Positions 30,630 to 32,000 of a DNA stretch of 32,000 nucleotides are shown here, piece by piece. The position numbers and the translations under genes are program-made. Position 1 is the stretch's first letter; every line of letters begins with the position of its first letter. The stretch spans positions 1,020,001-1,052,000 of the forward strand of contig NC_016070.1 in NCBI RefSeq assembly GCF_000253055.1. Reading direction: 5' to 3'. This DNA comes from Thermoproteus tenax Kra 1. GTDB lineage: Archaea; Thermoproteota; Thermoprotei; Thermoproteales; Thermoproteaceae. The notes under the pieces are model-generated. The model was not told the DNA's origin and ran no database searches. It saw nothing but the letters and a program-made list of their open reading frames with translations.

Positions 30630-31766
30630 ATGAAGATAGCGCACATCAGCGACGCGCACCTCGGCAGACAACAGTACCATTTGGCCGAGCGGGAGGAGGA
30701 CTACTACGCGGCGTTCGCAGAGGCTCTGAGGGCCGCCAGAGAGGCCGACGCAGTGCTTGTGACGGGGGATCTCTTCGACGCCCGCAGGCCCAGCACTAGG
30801 GCTCTGCTGAGGGCGCTCGAGATAATCGCCGAGTCCGGCATGAGGGTCTACGCCATAGGGGGGAACCACGACTTCAGCTACCTCCGTCCCGAGGACACGC
30901 CTCTGAGGATCTTGGACAAAGTGGGCCTAGCAAAACTTGTGTGCTTCAGGGAGGAGGATCTGGGCGGCGTCTGGCTCTACGGGGCCTGCGCCATGCCCAA
31001 GTCCAGAGCGGAGGAGTATAGGCAGAGGATCGCCTCGGCCAGGCCCGGCTCAGTCTTGGCTATACATCAAGCGGTCGAGGGGGTCAGAGCCAGCTACCCC
31101 GCCTCGGCCGACGAATATACAATGCCCCAGAGGGTCTTCGCCGGCCTAAAGGCAGTTCACATAGCGGCTGGGCACGTGCACGACCACGGGGCGAGGCACC
31201 CCCTGGGGATCCTCTGGGCGGGCTCTCTGGAGATCTGGGACTCGAGCGAGTTCGAGGTGTGGGACTGGGTCCAGGGGAGGTGGGAGAAGGCGCAGGACGC
31301 AGCCCCCAAGGGGTTCTACATAATAGACGTCTCCGGGAAGGCGGCCTCAGTGAAGGAGATCGTCCTCAAGCCCAGGAGGCGCGCAGTGAAGCTCAGAGTG
31401 TTCGCAAGAGAGCCGAAGGACTTCGAGATAGCCCTCAACTCCGCCGTCCCGCTCTTCGACTCAAAGGGGGTGCTAGTCAGAGTGGAGCTCTACGGAGAGG
31501 TGGCGGAGCAGCTCCGCCTGGGGGACTACGAGGGTCTGTTCGCCAGAGCTATCCCCGTGGGAGTAGTGGACAAGACCAAGAGGCGGGAGCAGAGGGCCGT
31601 GAGGGCGGGCTCGGCGTATGAGGCCGTGGAGAAGGCGTTGAGGGAGAGGCTTGGAGACGGGGCCAATGCTGTGGCGAGGGCTCTGGCCTATCTGAGGGAT
31701 GGAGATAAGGCGATGGCGAAGAGGATTATGGAACAGTGGATCTATGCTAAAGTGGATAGAGGTTAG
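30630..31766 (+). CDS. mre11: Mre11 DNA double-strand break repair nuclease
   Basis: ATG 30630 gives MKIAHISDAHLG (phosphoesterase motif I). It also has VTGDLFD, GGNHD and GHVHD. The 31 upstream codons of track ORF 30537..31766 are treated separately (see findings). Confidence 0.88.
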   Translation: MKIAHISDAHLGRQQYHLAEREEDYYAAFAEALRAAREADAVLVTGDLFDARRPSTRALLRALEIIAESGMRVYAIGGNHDFSYLRPEDTPLRILDKVGLAKLVCFREEDLGGVWLYGACAMPKSRAEEYRQRIASARPGSVLAIHQAVEGVRASYPASADEYTMPQRVFAGLKAVHIAAGHVHDHGARHPLGILWAGSLEIWDSSEFEVWDWVQGRWEKAQDAAPKGFYIIDVSGKAASVKEIVLKPRRRAVKLRVFAREPKDFEIALNSAVPLFDSKGVLVRVELYGEVAEQLRLGDYEGLFARAIPVGVVDKTKRREQRAVRAGSAYEAVEKALRERLGDGANAVARALAYLRDGDKAMAKRIMEQWIYAKVDRG

Positions 31767-32000
31767 GAACTTCAAGGCACACGAGGAGTTCTCCACAGAC
31801 TTCGTCGAAGGGGTCAACTTCATCTACGGGCCCAACGGCGCCGGCAAGTCCAGCCTCCTGGAGGCCGTCGCAGTGGCCCTCTACGGATCCAAGTGGCTCC
31901 AGAAGATAAAGGCCAAGTGGTCAGACCTAGTGAGGAGGGGGGCGCCGGAGGCCTCAGTGGAGCTCTCCTTCGTGGGGCTGGACGGAGTGGAGTACACAGT
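31744..32000 (+). CDS. rad50: Rad50 ATPase, N-terminal part (runs off the window)
   Basis: ATG 31744 gives MLKWIEVRNFKAHEEFSTDFVEGVNFIYGPNGAGKSSLLEAV (Walker A GPNGAGKS). It overlaps the mre11 3' end by 23 nt. It is absent from the track because no stop lies in the window. Confidence 0.85.
   Translation, partial: MLKWIEVRNFKAHEEFSTDFVEGVNFIYGPNGAGKSSLLEAVAVALYGSKWLQKIKAKWSDLVRRGAPEASVELSFVGLDGVEYT

Overview
This is a high-GC archaeal chromosome segment. Many genes appear leaderless, with TTTAWATA-type boxes about 25 nt upstream of the start codon. GTG/TTG starts, 1-23 nt gene overlaps and PaREP1-type genes are frequent. By inference it looks like a Pyrobaculum/Thermoproteus-type crenarchaeon.

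Layout:
- (1) 0-0.9 kb and 3.4-8.3 kb: decayed accessory DNA flanking an intact nrdD-nrdG operon (0.9-3.4 kb). It holds one PaREP1 gene cut by the window edge, one PaREP1 pseudogene and one 47-nt PaREP1 fragment. It also holds a four-copy GC-hairpin repeat family, a frameshifted orphan cas6 with no array, a wHTH gene, two tandem RHH-domain genes, and about 0.55 kb with no assignable gene.
- (2) 8.3-13.8 kb: dissimilatory sulfite reductase locus, dsrM-dsrA-dsrB-orf131-dsrC on the minus strand, with dsrK divergent.
- (3) 13.9-18.2 kb: a wHTH paralog, an SQR/NDH-2-type flavoprotein coupled to a DUF1641-like gene, a CbiA/DsrN-like amidase and a tetrapyrrole methylase.
- (4) 18.3-26.8 kb: one long minus-strand unit, orf66, a Tat-exported FdnG-like Mo-bisPGD subunit (Cys, not Sec), an FdnH-like FeS subunit, cytochrome b, FdhE, FdhD, an MBL-fold protein and a YedY-like Moco protein. 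A third wHTH paralog lies upstream.
- (5) 27.4-32.0 kb: nurA-herA-mre11-rad50 (rad50 runs off the window).

I recognised no rRNA, tRNA, C/D-box sRNA or CRISPR array.

The candidates most worth follow-up:
- the roughly 190-aa wHTH paralog family sitting beside each respiratory module, two members with C-terminal Cys clusters;
- the uncharacterised orf131 in the DsrD position and orf66 at the head of the molybdoenzyme operon;
- the hairpin-repeat/PaREP1 fragment structure;
- the orphan cas6.

All family assignments come from motif recognition by eye; no database search was possible.
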